DNA of 64,000 nucleotides from Strigamia acuminata (GCA_949358305.1 OX442314.1:23250001-23314000), one strand, 5' to 3'; positions 36,329 to 50,676 are shown, counted from the stretch's first letter. Notes: generated by a model from the sequence alone, not told the origin. Numbers and translations: made by a program.

Positions 36329-36812
36329 ATGAAGAAACTTGCTGAATGTGTTCTAGTTATTATGTTTGTCTTATTTATTATAGAAATTCACTCCGTCAAA
36401 GAACAAGCAGTTCAGGAAATGCATGTAAAACTTCGTTATTGTTCATTTATGTTCCATTTGTGTCGCAGGAAACACGGATTAAAAAAAACCGATGAATGTA
36501 TGAGGACATCTGATGCAGATCCAACATGTCGTAAGTGTAAACAAATTTTTAAAATCAAATTTGATCTGTTATATATCAAACGAAGTATTTAAAATTTAAT
36601 TTTTTTGTTATTGCTATTATTTATATTTGATTTTGCAATTTGCAGACACTACTGGATCTTTAAGACTCCTTGAATGTAAATATATGGAATGTTGGTTTCA
36701 GTCAGGTAAAAAGAGCATCCATGGAACTCTAGTTCCGAATAAACTTTTTCCTACACAATTAATATCGTGCGACTGCGAAAAATCAACTGGCGAAAAATCA
36801 ACTGATGAGTAA
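36329..36812 (+). CDS. Unassigned small secreted cysteine-rich protein (122 aa; exons 36329-36530, 36646-36812)
   Basis: Signal-peptide-like MKKLAECVLVIMFVLFIIEIHS. The phase-1 intron gtaagt...ttgcag joins two ORFs in frame. Eight mature Cys, ending LISCDC. Confidence 0.65.
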
Positions 36813-38022
36813 CAAATCATTTCTAGTTTTTAAGTGGTAGAATTAAGAATTACTCGTAGGATTGGCTTTTTTCTTATTTTTAATTAAATCAATATAAAAA
36901 CATCTGTTGTTCATTGTTCTCGAAATCAATTACTGCATTTTGGCTTGTGAAATTTGTAATAAAGGCAATAAATATGAATTTGGTAATTTCCTTTTAATCT
37001 TAGCAGTACCAACCAAAAGAAATCACTTACTCATCCAATCCGCGTCATTTTTTACCCAAAGCCAAAAAGATTTTTTTTTAAATGTATGAAAATGATTCTA
37101 CTTCATAACTATTTCATGTTTTTGAAGAAATTTAGCCAATTTGGTATTTGTCGAAAATGTATAGTGGATAAACAAAAAAATTTTGTGAAAATTACTTTTA
37201 TGAATTTTTGAATCTATTGTGGAGTATTTTTTTATTGTTTGTTATGATGTTTAAAGAAAATACATGAAATTTCGGAAAGAAAATCCTATTAGTTTTCGAG
37301 AAAAAAAATAAAAACACTTAATGTAGGTCAAAATTGACCCTAGTTTGGGGCGGGGAGGAATAAAACTAAGATTTTTCTGGATAAAAACTTCTCAATTGTG
37401 TTTACTGGATACAAACTTTATAATTTCTTGGCTAATGTTGATCAACAGAGTGAGCTTTGATTCTCTGTGGAGAAAGTGTTATTGATTGATTGAGTTCAGA
37501 GGGTCCCCTTAATTACTATATATTGAAAAATCGTGTCCAACCCCAGTGAATCGACTAGGGAATATCGAGAACAACATTACACTTACTTACGGTATATTTA
37601 TGGAAGAAAAAACTTTAATAAGAGATTGGCGACAATTATCGAGCAGTGAAGGAAAACGAGTAACATAATGAGATCAAATCGTAGAGGAATCTGAGCGAAT
37701 TGTAATTTCATCTCATTTTAAATATGAATAATGATAACCAAGGAAAATGATCAACTATAATTAATTCTATAATTATCAAAAATTTCCACGAAATTTGTAA
37801 TTTACATTTTTTTTTTTATAAAAACAAAAAAAATATTGTTTCTCTCACCAAAAAGTGAAGAAACTTTTTTCAAAAAGTTATCGATCGCAAATAAATTGCA
37901 GAAAGTTTATTCACAGCTGACATGTTTACGTATAAATATTCTCGCATTCAATGCGCATGCTTCATTCATCTGAGACTCGTGGTTGCACACATGTACTGGC
38001 AAAAGTGGAGCATGGGCGGGAA

Positions 38023-41000
38023 ATGAGCAATGACAGTTGGACCAACGTAAGCATAGCCAACTACCTGAATTCGAAACTGGGCCCACAGCAATTGGCACCT
38101 GAAGTGGTCATTCCATTGACTATAGTATACGTTATCATCTTCATAAGTGGGTTTATTGGCAATGTCAGTGTCTGTCTGGTCATCGCCCGGCAGCCTTCAA
38201 TGCAAACAGCCACTAATTACTATCTCTTCAGTTTAGCCGTCTCTGATATGCTGTTGCTGTTATTCGGTACGTATTTTTCAAAGTATGTATTCATTATCAA
38301 CTTACAGTGTAAGCAACCAAAAATAGAAGATTTATGATGCATAAATTTATTTGTAGTACCGTAGGTAATACTCGTAAGTTAGATACAATTTCTTGATGAT
38401 ATTCCAAGTTTAATTTTGTATTATTTATTTTTTGGTTGGTATGCAGTGAGTTGTTAAATAGAAGAGTATTTCGAATCTTTTGTTTAATTTTATGTTGTTT
38501 ATATCTAATTGATAAAGAAAGTAAGTTAATTGATGTGTCAAGTGCCAGTTGAAATAAATTTTGCAGAAGTGCAAAACAAAAATAGAGTTCCAGTTTCGTG
38601 TTGAAATTAAATCTGAACTGTTATTTATTTAATTTTTTTTTGTGTAAAAGGAATTTGTCTGTTTGATTTTTGTGGTAATTTTAAAAATAGAGAAAGGGTC
38701 ATGGAATATTTTGCTTTATTTGCACTTGTACGAATCTGTTCAAACATTGTTTGTTTACGTTATCTGAACCTTAAAGGCTTCTTTCACAACTTGGTGATTT
38801 TCCATAAAGCGCTTTGAAAAACGAAAACAACTTTTGAAATTCTAATACTTTATTACCTCGATCACTTTAGATATAATAAGCTTAATATTAATACTGATTA
38901 ATAAATATTAATATTGATTTTAAGCTTAAGCGTATTGCATATATAAAGTGTGGTTTTATATACGTAATATTACCGCAAAACTACTGGCATCTGTAATATT
39001 CATCAGCTGAAACAAACTCTATAGCAAAGCTTTGTGGTGAAGCTCAAGGGCAGCTTATCTGTGTCAACATTAGCGAATAGGCAAAAGTAAATTAAATAAT
39101 ATAAGACTACCATATGTAATTTAAATTAATTATTATCATCGACTTTAACCCTGATAATAAAACATTTTCACTCCGCCCCATAAGGCCAATAATGTGCGTA
39201 TCACTTGACAATTTAATTTTAAAAGAAAAACAAATTAGAAAGGTGAACCTTGAAGATACAACAAAAAAACTTTTTTTTAAAGTATCTAGAAGCTTTGCAA
39301 AATTAATATTTTTAGAAATTACATGAAATATTAATTGCATTTTTGAAAATCTCGAATACTAAGCAGAAAAAAAAATTCAAATACCAATGAACTCGAACTT
39401 TTTTTTAATGAACTTATCTTAAGGTACTTACAATTCACTTGAAATACAAATAATATTTTTGCTTCTTATTTATTCAGGTATTTAAAGTTGAACTATTTCA
39501 AATGGAAAGTCAAGGAAACACCTGGTTGTCCAATAACTATTTACAAAGACATTTACAACTATAAACAACAACAACTCACATTTGAATTCTAAACTGATAA
39601 ATGCAAACATAAACAACAGCCGTTTAATAAATGAAATTCTTAGTGAACAGCAAATCACCAAATGGACATTTTCATTGCTACAAAGCGGTCTTGTCTGCAT
39701 TTTTTTGTTCTTGCTTTTCAGTTTTCACACAAGTACTTGTGTAGAAAAAAAAGTGGGGTAAAAGAGAAAAATAATTTGCGCAAATAAACCACAAAAGGAT
39801 AAATTCTATAATCTTTTGGAATACGATAAGACACTACTCGTATACTACCTGAATACTGGGAAGCCTGGCGGTGAAACTGACCTACACTAATTTAACAAGA
39901 GCGCAGAGCGTGAGTGCACTCCATGGATATGGAATTGGAATTCGATATATACGTGATGAATGGATAGATGATAACGTGAAGATCGAGGAGATCGTAGAGA
40001 GACAAAAGGAATGAGATTGAGTAATAGAAATGCTGAAAGCCATACAGTATTTGAAAGAGACCAGAGAGTGCCTTTAAGTGTGCGCGATGATTACATTTCT
40101 CATTCTAACTCGACTCTCTATTCTCTTAATAAATTTCAAAATATCTTTAAATATACTCTTAACTGTTATCGTATTGTTTTTGCAGGTCTCCCGAATGACG
40201 TGAAACTATTTTGGCAGCAGTATCCGTGGAAATTAGGCAATGTGATATGTAAAGCTCGAGCGCTCATCTCGGAAGCGACGAATCACGCCAGTGTGTTGAC
40301 AATAGTGGCGTTTACGGGTGAACGTTATGTTGCCGTTTGTCACCCAATTCTGTCGCAGACACTTTCCAGTCTTCCGCGGGTGAACCGAATCATTGCCATC
40401 ACGTGGATCGTGTCTTTAGTCTCGGCGATTCCCTTTTCAGTGTTCACGCGCGTCTATTACACTGATTTTCCTCCAAATTCGGGCCAGTGGTTGGAGGAAT
40501 CGGCTATTTGCAATATTCCGCTGACAACGGGATCGGAATATCGTCCATTGTTACTTTTCTCATCCTTGGTATTCTTCCTGCTGCCAATGTGTTTTATCAT
40601 TTGCTTGTACGTACGAATTGCTCTGGCGCTGAGAGCGACTCAACGGCAATTAGGCGAAGGACAAATAGGAGACGATTCAAAGAGGAAAAATATCATTAAG
40701 ATGCTTGGTACGTATTGATTAGGAAAAAAATAATTAAGGGTTGATTTACTTACTTTGGGGACCTTTGCACAGCCATTTTTTGAGGCTTTTCTACCGCAAG
40801 AGGCCCTACTGCTGCGCGTATTCGTATAAATCGGTTTCTAAAAGAAATTCAAAATTTGTGTAGGCCTATTTACACATTATTTGGATTTTTGTTTAGATTT
40901 TTTACCGGTAGAGGGCAAATGCGTCTTGAGCGTCTTGAATTGAATGCTCTTAAAATTACCTCGCACAAAAAGATTTCAATATTAATAAAATCGAATTTTT

Positions 41001-42090
41001 TTGTGCTTTACTTTAGCATGTGATTTAATCTTGCAAAAAAAAAACTGTTTGGATTTTCTATCCATTTTCATAACTTATAAATATTGAGTTTTTAAAGATC
41101 AGTTGTATTGATTAGTTAAACCACACTTACATTATCTTACCATAAATGTTTAATGTTCATCTACTGGCTTATTTTTGCTACATTTACTTCAGTGTGAAAT
41201 AAATTTGATTTCATGCTTGTGGTAGCACGAAGGTTCTATTCGGAATACAAATTAAGTCTTAAAAGAGTGTCGCAATTGCTTTTGTGTGCTATAAAATAAA
41301 CAGTCCAAATAATCATCCACATGTTCGTGTTACATCTCTTTTATAGTGAAATAAAATTATCAGGTTTATTCCTATTCAGTATGTCTCAGAACACTTTAAA
41401 AACGAATTAATACATAAAGACTTTTTTTAAATGTCTAGTTGCAGTTGTAATTGCATTTTTTGTGTGCTGGGCGCCGTTCCATGCTCAAAGACTTCTGTTC
41501 GTGTATGACGATGCCCGACATTGGCCCGAGTCGTTGCGGAGGCTCAATGAAATTCTCTACTTCGCAGGTGGTTGATCGTCACTGTTATGTTTGGTTGCTT
41601 GACAATATTTTTCATCTACATGTATATACAATACAGGTTGTTTCTACTACTTGAGCTGTACGATTAACCCCATTTTGTACAATGTTATGTCCATCAAGTA
41701 CAGAGAAGCTTTCAGAGACACCTTGTGCACCGTATTCGAGTCACCCAAACGTCATCGAACCGACAGTGTGAAATCGAAAAATTCTTGCAAAAGTGGTAAA
41801 TAATTATTGAAAAAAATTAATTCAGAGGCTCATAACACCATATAATTTGTTTTATTTTCAAAACCGTACACTTATATTATTTTTTTTCTCGTTTAGTGTA
41901 TGATTCATTCACCGATTCTCATTACTCTTGGTTGTCTTCAATGAGTTGTTACCTTCGAATTTGGGCATCTTTTGTTAAAACAACTACTATAGAGTCGCCA
42001 AGCCTAACTGAAATGACGTCCCATCGAATTCAGGACACAGCTTTTGAGTTAGAGGTCGACTTAGGTTTACTAAAAGAAACAACTGTTTAA
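38023..42090 (+). CDS. CapaR: Rhodopsin-class neuropeptide GPCR, PRXamide/neuromedin-U family, most like the CAPA (periviscerokinin) receptor; 5 exons (38023-38266, 40186-40707, 41439-~41570, 41637-41795, 41897-42090)
   Basis: [70 protein letters not shown] and [17 protein letters not shown]. An in-frame upstream ATG at 37951 is possible. Confidence 0.85.
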
Positions 42091-43303
42091 TTAGTGTTGT
42101 CGGGAACGACCTTTCCTGATCTACAAATAAACAACGAGTAGGTAGATATAAATTATTCAATGAAATCGTGAAAGAAAAACATGCGCCCATTGTGAACGTT
42201 CGCTTGGAAGCAGTTAAAGAAGTGTGAATAATAAAGTTTGAAGTAACGACTAAAAATAAGCTTAATTTCAGTTTTAAAAATTCTGTTTCTGGTTTAATCT
42301 TGCTTGAAATTAGCTTCAATTAGTTTTAAATGAGATAATTAGATTATCTTTACTTTATCGAGCATCGCTGCAGTTCACGAAAGAATAGAAATCAAAAGGG
42401 ATAATTTTAAAATGGTTTTACTAAGAATTTAATTGAAATGTCCGCATTTTTGTAACTGGAGTACAAACTGCGGTATGATAGGTAATTAAGGTTTCTCATG
42501 CTCTCATGAATCCCAAATTTTTCAAATAGAATTCAAGCTTTTCCTTGAATCCCACCAATCGAATAACAGCGGTACAAAAGAAAGAAATTGCGTAAGCACT
42601 TCTGGCAACTGCAATGCACGAGCGCATGTTTAAGCATAATGTGTAGTAACGAGGCTCCTACTTATTACACAAGTTCACCCACAACTTTAATTAAACTTCC
42701 TTGTCAGACCATAGACATATGTATGTCTAATTAGGAATTCGTAAGGTGGAAATTAAACATGAAACTTGAATAAAGCTGAAGCTGGACCAGTTAAATCTGA
42801 ATGTCGATCCACGTTTAGTTAAACGCTCTGTATTCAAATGGGCATTTCGGTTGGCAAATCTTTCTTAAATGGCGTAATGAATGCGCTGTCTCAAAAGAAA
42901 TACTTAAAAAAAAATTATCATACATAACTTGTGCATTTTTCTATCAAATTAAAAAAAATCTAACTTTTTATTCTACGTCTTAATAAAACTTTGTCTTGAA
43001 ATTGTCACTTGTTACCAACCAAAAGGACGTCGTTTGTTATTTCACCGGCTGTATTTGCATTTTATTCCCATTTTGTATGATGTATTAGCAAATGAATGTT
43101 TTAATGTTGAAAATAAATATCCAATCTGGTAATTCACTCATTTGGTATAATTCAATTATTTATTTATAATAAGAATAATATTAATAATAAAAATAAAAAT
43201 AATAATATAATAATAATATGATAATAGTTACTTTAAAGTTTTATTTCTCTTTTTTTATAACTTAATTTAGTAAAATGATTTAAATATGATCGAATATATT
43301 CAA

Positions 43304-46300
43304 TTATTTTAAGCCCTTTTCTTGCTGAGTATTCTCGTCTTGCACAGGAGTATCATTTTGCGTTCTTCCGAACCTCATGAACTTATGTCCGTCCGAATTA
43401 GAACCCTGCCGACCAAATCTCATGAAAACGTGTTCGGGCCCTCTTCCCAATCGCATAAACATAGGTAGAACGGCCATTTTGCTTTGATTTTCACGTAATC
43501 GCAATTGACTTTTCTCTCCATTTGCGACTGAACGTCCAAATCGGATGAATTTGTGTTGAAAATCACGTCCAAAACGAAGAAACTTGTGCTCAGGGTCACG
43601 TCCAAATCGTAGGAAGTTGTGATTTGAAGATGCCCGTCCAAACCGCATAAATTTGTGACCTGGCTCTTGACGAAGGGATCGTAACAGTGCATCTTTCTGG
43701 TCGTCGTCCATGGAATTTTCTTCCGAAGTCAGCTCGTTGGTCACGGGTTCCAATGCATCTGAATCCATCAATTTGTCATCATCTTCAGAGTCTTCATCTG
43801 AAGATTCTACAGAAAAAAATAATTAAATACGTTGTACAAAGTAATTCAAGCGTTCTAATCATCAAATAATAAAAGCAATTAAAGTATTTGTTTAAAAAAG
43901 GCGCGCATTAAAATGAGACGTTAGCGCCATCTTAGTGACGATATTGTAAACTACGAGGCATGACCAATGTCACTATGGCTGTACATCTGTATCAGACAAT
44001 TAATGTAACTAAATTTTGCAATCTACACACAAAGAGCAATTAAAAATGAACATTTGTAAAATTCTATTTAAATTAAAATAGAATTTGTATATTTTTAAAT
44101 TCTACAAATAAACTGATCTTTAAAAAAATTGAAACAATCTACAGTTATGTATTCTGATACGGAAGTACTTCCATACAAGACTTTTTACAGGCCACTTGCC
44201 TAAAATCGTCAGCACCGATCAAAAGTAGTATAGAAATTGTATGGCGCGATCGGATAACAACCACGATCACAACCTTGCCGGCGTAATAAATTTGGTAAGG
44301 AAATACTTGTATTAGTTCTAACCAATTTTTACTGGTTCGTTAAATATAATTTGATGTCTGGTGCTAATATAGATTCCCATATATTTGCTGTAACTCAAAG
44401 AATGACATAATGATAGCAGAAACAGAACAAACAAGCGAGCAAACAAATCTCAACAAAGATAGTTCTCACAAGAGGTTCGTGACAAGATTTTCTTTTTTAA
44501 TTATTATTCCAAGGTCAATATGATGAATGCGACTCTGAAGCGTGTTTAATTCTCTATGGAAGCTTTCCTACAACCAAAAAAATATGTGTCACTGGCTACT
44601 GTAATATAAAAGCTGTAAATTCCACCGGCGCAATGACAGTACCGGTAGTGAATTGGTTGAATGAATAAACTTTTGTAAACATGTTTCAAGTGTGCAGAGC
44701 ATAGATTGTATTGCTATTATTATTACTTTTTAATTCAAGGAAAACTAAATAATAAAAATACAATCTACATTATTATTCATCGTGGTAGCAATTAAAATTA
44801 AAATTTTAAAAATAAATAAAAATACTGTAAATGCTTTGATTTGAGATCGGCTTTGTCAATTTAAACATTTATTTTACTGTTCTTGATCAATGTAGCATTT
44901 AATTTAGTCGTTTTGTTCAATTTAGACATTTATTTTAGTCGTTTTGTTCAATTTAGACATTTATTTTAGTCGTTTTGTTCAATTTAGACATTTATTTTAG
45001 TCGTTTTGTTCTATTTAGATATTGAATTTATTTGTTTTGGTCAAATTAGACCCGCGTTGCAAAGGATATCGTGTTCAATTAACATCCAGCGCTCAACAAG
45101 AGAATTTGACGGTAATGTTTAAAATTATTGTAACTCTGGGAAATATTATTTTCCAAATTTAAAATAAAAATAAAGGTCGAGAAAAAAATCGATAAAACGT
45201 GGAATAATTGATTTTAAAGACTTGTTTCTCTACTTTTATTTGTCACAGGTGTTGGCATGTAGTATGAAATATTTAATTTAAATAATTTAATTTAATTTAA
45301 TATTTCAAAGTGACTACTGTATAAAATGCCATTCTGAAAGGTCCCTGTATCACATTCAGATGTCTATTTTAGGTTTTATTTCATTTTATCTTGGCAAGAG
45401 ACAAGTTCAGCTTGCAATTAAGACAGGTGTAAGGAACAATTGGCAGGCGTAATCAAGCAATCAGGCATGTTATTGATGAAATTATTTTCTTGGAGTTGGA
45501 GGCACTTTTCTTCGTGTGAGTGGTCCACACCTGAACTTAATTCTTAGACAATTGCACCACGTGAAGTAAAATTGAAGAGCAAATTTCCATAATGCAGTTT
45601 CAGGCGTTTGGAATGCGCACATGAATCACACGGTGGCTCACCGCAGAATGCGAATAAGCGTCTTATCTATTCATGTTGTTATGAGAAAAGTTGTTTTGAT
45701 ACAAAATATTTTGATTTGTTGTTGAAATCAGAGATATAACATTGATATCACTATAACTGCTACAGATCATTTTACTCGGCTTGTAAATTTTGCTGATTAA
45801 ACTCTACTAAATTAAATTTAACAAGGGAAGATGAGTGGATTTCAGTGAAATGTATTCATTTTTTTTTCAGAATTGATTAAATCATTTAGATCAGGGGTTC
45901 CCAAACTTTTTAGCATCGCGCCCCACTTTTTAAGCAAGGCGATCTTCTGCGCCCCACTTCATCTACCAGTGCATTAAATTTTTAAAAAATATACTACTAA
46001 AAAGAAAAAAAGAAATTTTTATATAATTTTGCATAAAACTTTGTATAATTTTTTATATAAGTTTATATAATTTTGCCTAAAAATTTACAAAACTTTGCAA
46101 AATAAGCTTGTTTTATTTAGGCATGTATGATGGGTGCGCCCCACCAATAATCAGCTCGCGCCCCACCAGTGAGGCGCGCCTCACCATTTGGGAAACCCTG
46201 ATTTAGATGTAAAATTTTACACCTCTACTCCAAACCGCCCCAACGTTGTCCTAACTCCTATTGGTTGAACCATCTCAATGGTGTAGTGGCATAAAAAAGT

Positions 46301-49300
46301 AGCCCATGACACCAGAATTGAATACATATCGAGGTTTATTCTTTCAATATTAATGACGAAGTTTTGAGATAGGAATAGAAATAATATCAGTATGCAGTAT
46401 CGAATTAATGACAGACCTTTAGGTAATTAGGAGCCTAATTTCGAACGGTTGATATATATTTTTTTAATAAGAAACCTGAGCCTTTTTTCACTTTACCTTA
46501 TCCATCAGCGTCTTATTTGATATCGTTGATTTGTTGGGTAATAGCAGACGCTTTGGGAATTTCTACCAAGGATACATTGAATATTTCATTATCCTTTTCG
46601 TGGACACTCGACGTAATACAGTTGAAAAGTGACTCTTTATTTCTCTGCTCGATCAGAGGCTCTTGTTTCGTTCACCCTTTTATCTATTTTTGTTATTGTT
46701 ATTTTTCTAAGGAAGTAAACAGATAGGTGGGCAGAAGAGGGGTAAGAAAGTGCTTTCTGCGAAATGTATATGTTGACAGTTGGGTTTAAATTTCGTTTTG
46801 TTTATAACATCTTGTAGTTCATAAATTGATTGGATTTTCTTGGACAAAAGAGAAATGAAATCTGTTTGTTGCGGTCAACTTTTTGATTTGAGGCAAGAAA
46901 GTCAGAACAGCCAACCAATAGACCATTGGAAAATTATGACATAATGCAGTTTGGCTTCGCCCACAATAAGAAAACTACAAATTAACAAATTGTTATAATG
47001 TTATTTTGCAATGGTTTTTCTCATAGAGGAGGTGGGGAGGCAACCATTGTTACGATCTTTATTGATTGCTTTTGAGCTTGTCTTTCTTACTAGTCGCAAT
47101 AGGCCTAGAAAGTTGTTAGAATAATGTTTGCACGGCTATATATTATTCTTATAGTGTGTGCCACTAGGGCGGCACTAATTTTGTTTAGTTTACTATTCTA
47201 ATATCATATTACTAGGTCTCCCCGATGTATAACATTTTACTCTTAGTCCGAATAAAGAAACCCACGTCGAAAGATGTGTTGCTGGCCTCATAATATCCTC
47301 AGGATTATTAACAAAAGTTAATACTAGTAAGATAACTTATGTATATGTCGTGTCTGGGTAGTTTGTTAGTGATTTCGACTGAATGAAGCAGAAGAATGCA
47401 CCTACTTTATATCCCTAAATTTAATCACGATTTGTTTCATGAAAATTAAGATAATACCCTCTGGTATGAGGTCTAATTGCTGTTGTTGATGCATTTGATT
47501 ATGCTAATTCAAGTTGTTCAAACAAGGAATTATGGTGATGCTTCGATGGGAGTGATTGTACTACGAATGTACGTATGAGGACTTGTGTATATTTTAGATA
47601 CTTGGTTAAGCATATTTGGACTAACTTGGGAGAGAATTTTTATGAAAAAGCGGCTAAGCGTTACGAAAACCTTGCTGGAGGTTAATTGTCTCGTGTAATG
47701 AGTTTTTCTTGCGTACACTTATAGGTCAGGAGAAGCCATTTTGTTTCTAAGATGAGTACGTGTAAAGTTAATTTCAGGTGTGTAAATTTGAATCAAAAGG
47801 TAATTGAATGCACTCTCACTCCATTAAACAAGGAAGATTATGGTAAGAGAAGTTTTACTAATTAATGATGTACCCCTTTGTTCTATAGTTTACTGAGTAT
47901 TTTTTAATTTAACTTATTGCATTGATTCTTTTGACAATTTGAATGAGCATCATGACTAGATTAATGGTTCGCACCACCAAGTCAGTTGTTGTTGTTGATA
48001 AAAACAAGCTGCCGTAATACCAAAAGTTGCTGGAATAAAAACCAGGAGCATAGACTTAAAATCTATCAGTCAAATATTACAATACATGATTCCAAAGCTT
48101 CTTTTTTTTGCTGTTATTGGTTTTTCTAAAAGAAGAATGGACAAGACATAAATAGAACTTTAATTGCGTTGAAAGAAGCGAAGTGGGCCGTAATTCATTG
48201 GGTGAAATGGGGACATTTTAATTGCCATTAATTGGTTAAATTAAAAAAACAAATAATGGACACAAAACGAAGTAATAGAAACACTAGAAACCATGTAAAC
48301 AGGAAAATTTATTGACAGCACTGATAGTACTCTAATCAAGAGCCTAGTGGCTACTTGTATAGCATGGCAACACAAACCAGTTAAAATGTAAATACAAATC
48401 CAATCAATAGTCATTTACATTTTGGTTTCTCATGTTTATTTACTTTTGATTTATTATGTTTCATTTGTCAAGCCTAGGAATGATCATTAATTCAAAATTG
48501 GTTTTCGAAATGTTGCGTCATGTTGTTTGTTTCAATGTGGGTGCGTGTCATTCTTGCTTACAATGATTGCCTCGTGTTTTAGCTCAACTTTAGTGAGTTT
48601 TGTGCTCTTGAAAGCGCAAAAAGGTGTATCATTCAGCGCTGCTTCAGCTGTTATTGCAAGCGCAAGCATTAGGCTTACCCTGTTACCCTCCTATTGCCTG
48701 GGCAGGTCACGTCGGGGATAAAATCCCACTCGAAGCCCCATGGATTCTACGCTTTTTGCTCTAAATTGTTTTAACAATTGTTTGTTCACATGTTCACTCG
48801 GATAAAGTAATTCATTGTCAAGTCGGGTGGATTAGTCAGTTAATTCGTGTTGAAAGTTGAACGTTTTAATTGAGTAAGCCTATAATTTATTTAGTCTTGC
48901 AATCTTAACATTTGACCATCCACACAACTCTTGATCTGATTATACACAAAATTCCAGTCTAGTCTTTGATTACTAGTTTTTTTTTCAGGGCACCCATGGG
49001 GGAAATTGAAGTGACAAGAATTGGACTGTCAGCTTGTATGTAGTGTTTCAGTTTGTGAAGATTCGTTAAGAATTCATTGCTTTTTGGCCTTAGATCGACT
49101 TTGATTTCGGTTCCAATGTGTCACACGGAATTCCCCTACTCCTACTGACACCATTCACAATTTTACAGCAAAGTGGAAATCCGAATTGTGGAAAATTGAG
49201 CATGTAAACACGCCCGTTTTGCGCAAAAGACACGCTAATTCGAAAAATCAAATCCCATTTGTACGAGTTCGAGGCAGATTTTTTGTGTTTTTCTATGTCG

Positions 49301-50676
49301 TGTTTATCATAAACATAAAAATTAAATTTTTATTTTTATTTGGAAAACTATGTCCATGTAAACGTAGTCAGAATTATCAATGGTGAGATTCAAGCTTGTT
49401 TTTTTTTTGTAGTTTTGTATTTAGCATTCCGTTTTAAGAGCCATTGAACTTTGAATTTCCCAAGTGTTTAGCAAACTTTGTAAGGAAAATTAATGGTAGA
49501 ACAAATTTGGAATGACAGCTTGGCACATGTTCATTTTTTAGAAACCAAAGTCCGAATATTTCCAATTTGTTTAATTGTTTTTTTTTAATGAATCGCGGAC
49601 ATTTTATCCCTCTTCTTTCCACGATCTGTCAAGTGATTAAGATTTATTTTCAAGGAACGACGGCAGATTTGTGTTTAATCAATCACCCTAAGTGGTTTAA
49701 ATGAAGTGACACCTCTCGAATTAAAATAAAATACGGGGATTTAAGCGAGATACTAAACAGATTTTGAATATCAGCAATTTAACGATATAACAATTCGTGC
49801 TATTGTTATGGTCACCATGGAAAAGACACAACAACAAAATAATGATATCATATCATATCCATCTCAATCGCGGGAAAAACCAGGTCAGGAGTTATCCAGA
49901 GGCAAAAACGTGTCTGTTGATAACATACAGCAATAAGTTACACAAGTTATGACCAAAATTATTCCAGATATTGAATAACAGATATTCAATGTTGTCGTTT
50001 AAATTCCCTAGCTCAGTTTCACCAAATTACGTCACCGTAATTGCAACAAACGCAATAACAAAATGTTGCGAGTGTTGTGTGAATTCTTTATTTGAATGCG
50101 CCTAGTTTCTCGATTTTCTCGATTTTCTCGATGATTGAACTTGCAAACTACAATTGAAAATAACTAGATGGCATTTAAAATGCCACATCGAGGCGCTTTA
50201 AGTCGACAGTGTTGTTGTTTTTAAAAATAAAACGCACCTACAAATGTGAGTTAGATATAAGCTTCTACTTAATCTTGACTCGCGTTATACATCAAGTATA
50301 CAAGTAAAAGCCAAAGCCGTAACTGAAATCCCACATGATTCATATTCGTTTGCATTCGCGTACGTTTTGATTAGAAAACAAAGCCGAGCATTTTCGCTTT
50401 CATCCTTGTAAGTTAGTGTTGAGGCGTGTTGAAGATGGATTATCTTTGCGGATAAAGGCGTGCCAAACCAGGTTGGCAGTAAGCTTATACCCTTTATTAC
50501 CGCTGCCATTAATGTTAGTTTTGCTTACCTCTTGATGACATCAGGGTACACAAGAGTGGAGAAGAACTTTCATTTGGTACACCGCCTAACGACGGCTGCA
50601 GAAAGCATCTGGCAGAGACGGGGATTGCGAGAGCTGGGATCGTCACCACCAAGAAACTCAAGAGGACCTGTTGCAT
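43304..50676 (-). CDS. Multi-copy RFamide neuropeptide precursor (myosuppressin/FMRFamide-like); coding exons 50529-50676 and 43304-43806
   Basis: Exon 1 encodes signal peptide MQQVLLSFLVVTIPALAIPVSA plus a Cys pair. Its phase-1 gtaagc donor matches a phase-1 acceptor at 43807-43808. Exon 2 has an acidic spacer and seven amidation units (six HxFxRF-GR and one MFMRL-GR). Additional internal exons are not excluded. Confidence 0.88.
44903..45020. repeat. 31-bp tandem repeat (tttagtcgttttgttcaatttagacatttat), about 4 copies
   Basis: Directly visible. Confidence 0.85.
45892..46200. mobile_element. hAT-family MITE
   Basis: TIR caggggttcccaaa / tttgggaaaccctg with a perfect 8-bp TSD atttagat (45884-45891, 46201-46208). 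Confidence 0.9.

Noticed and set aside
38023..43806. Neuropeptide GPCR and neuropeptide precursor lying tail-to-tail as a cognate ligand-receptor pair
   Set aside because: The receptor has PRXamide/CAPA-family motifs, whose ligands end in PRV/PRL-amide. The precursor encodes HxFxRFamides, which use different receptors. The adjacency is probably incidental.
48520..48725. Possible extra exon or nested gene in the RFamide precursor intron
   Set aside because: No convincing phase-compatible splice pair or recognisable product, and the two identified exons already join in frame.
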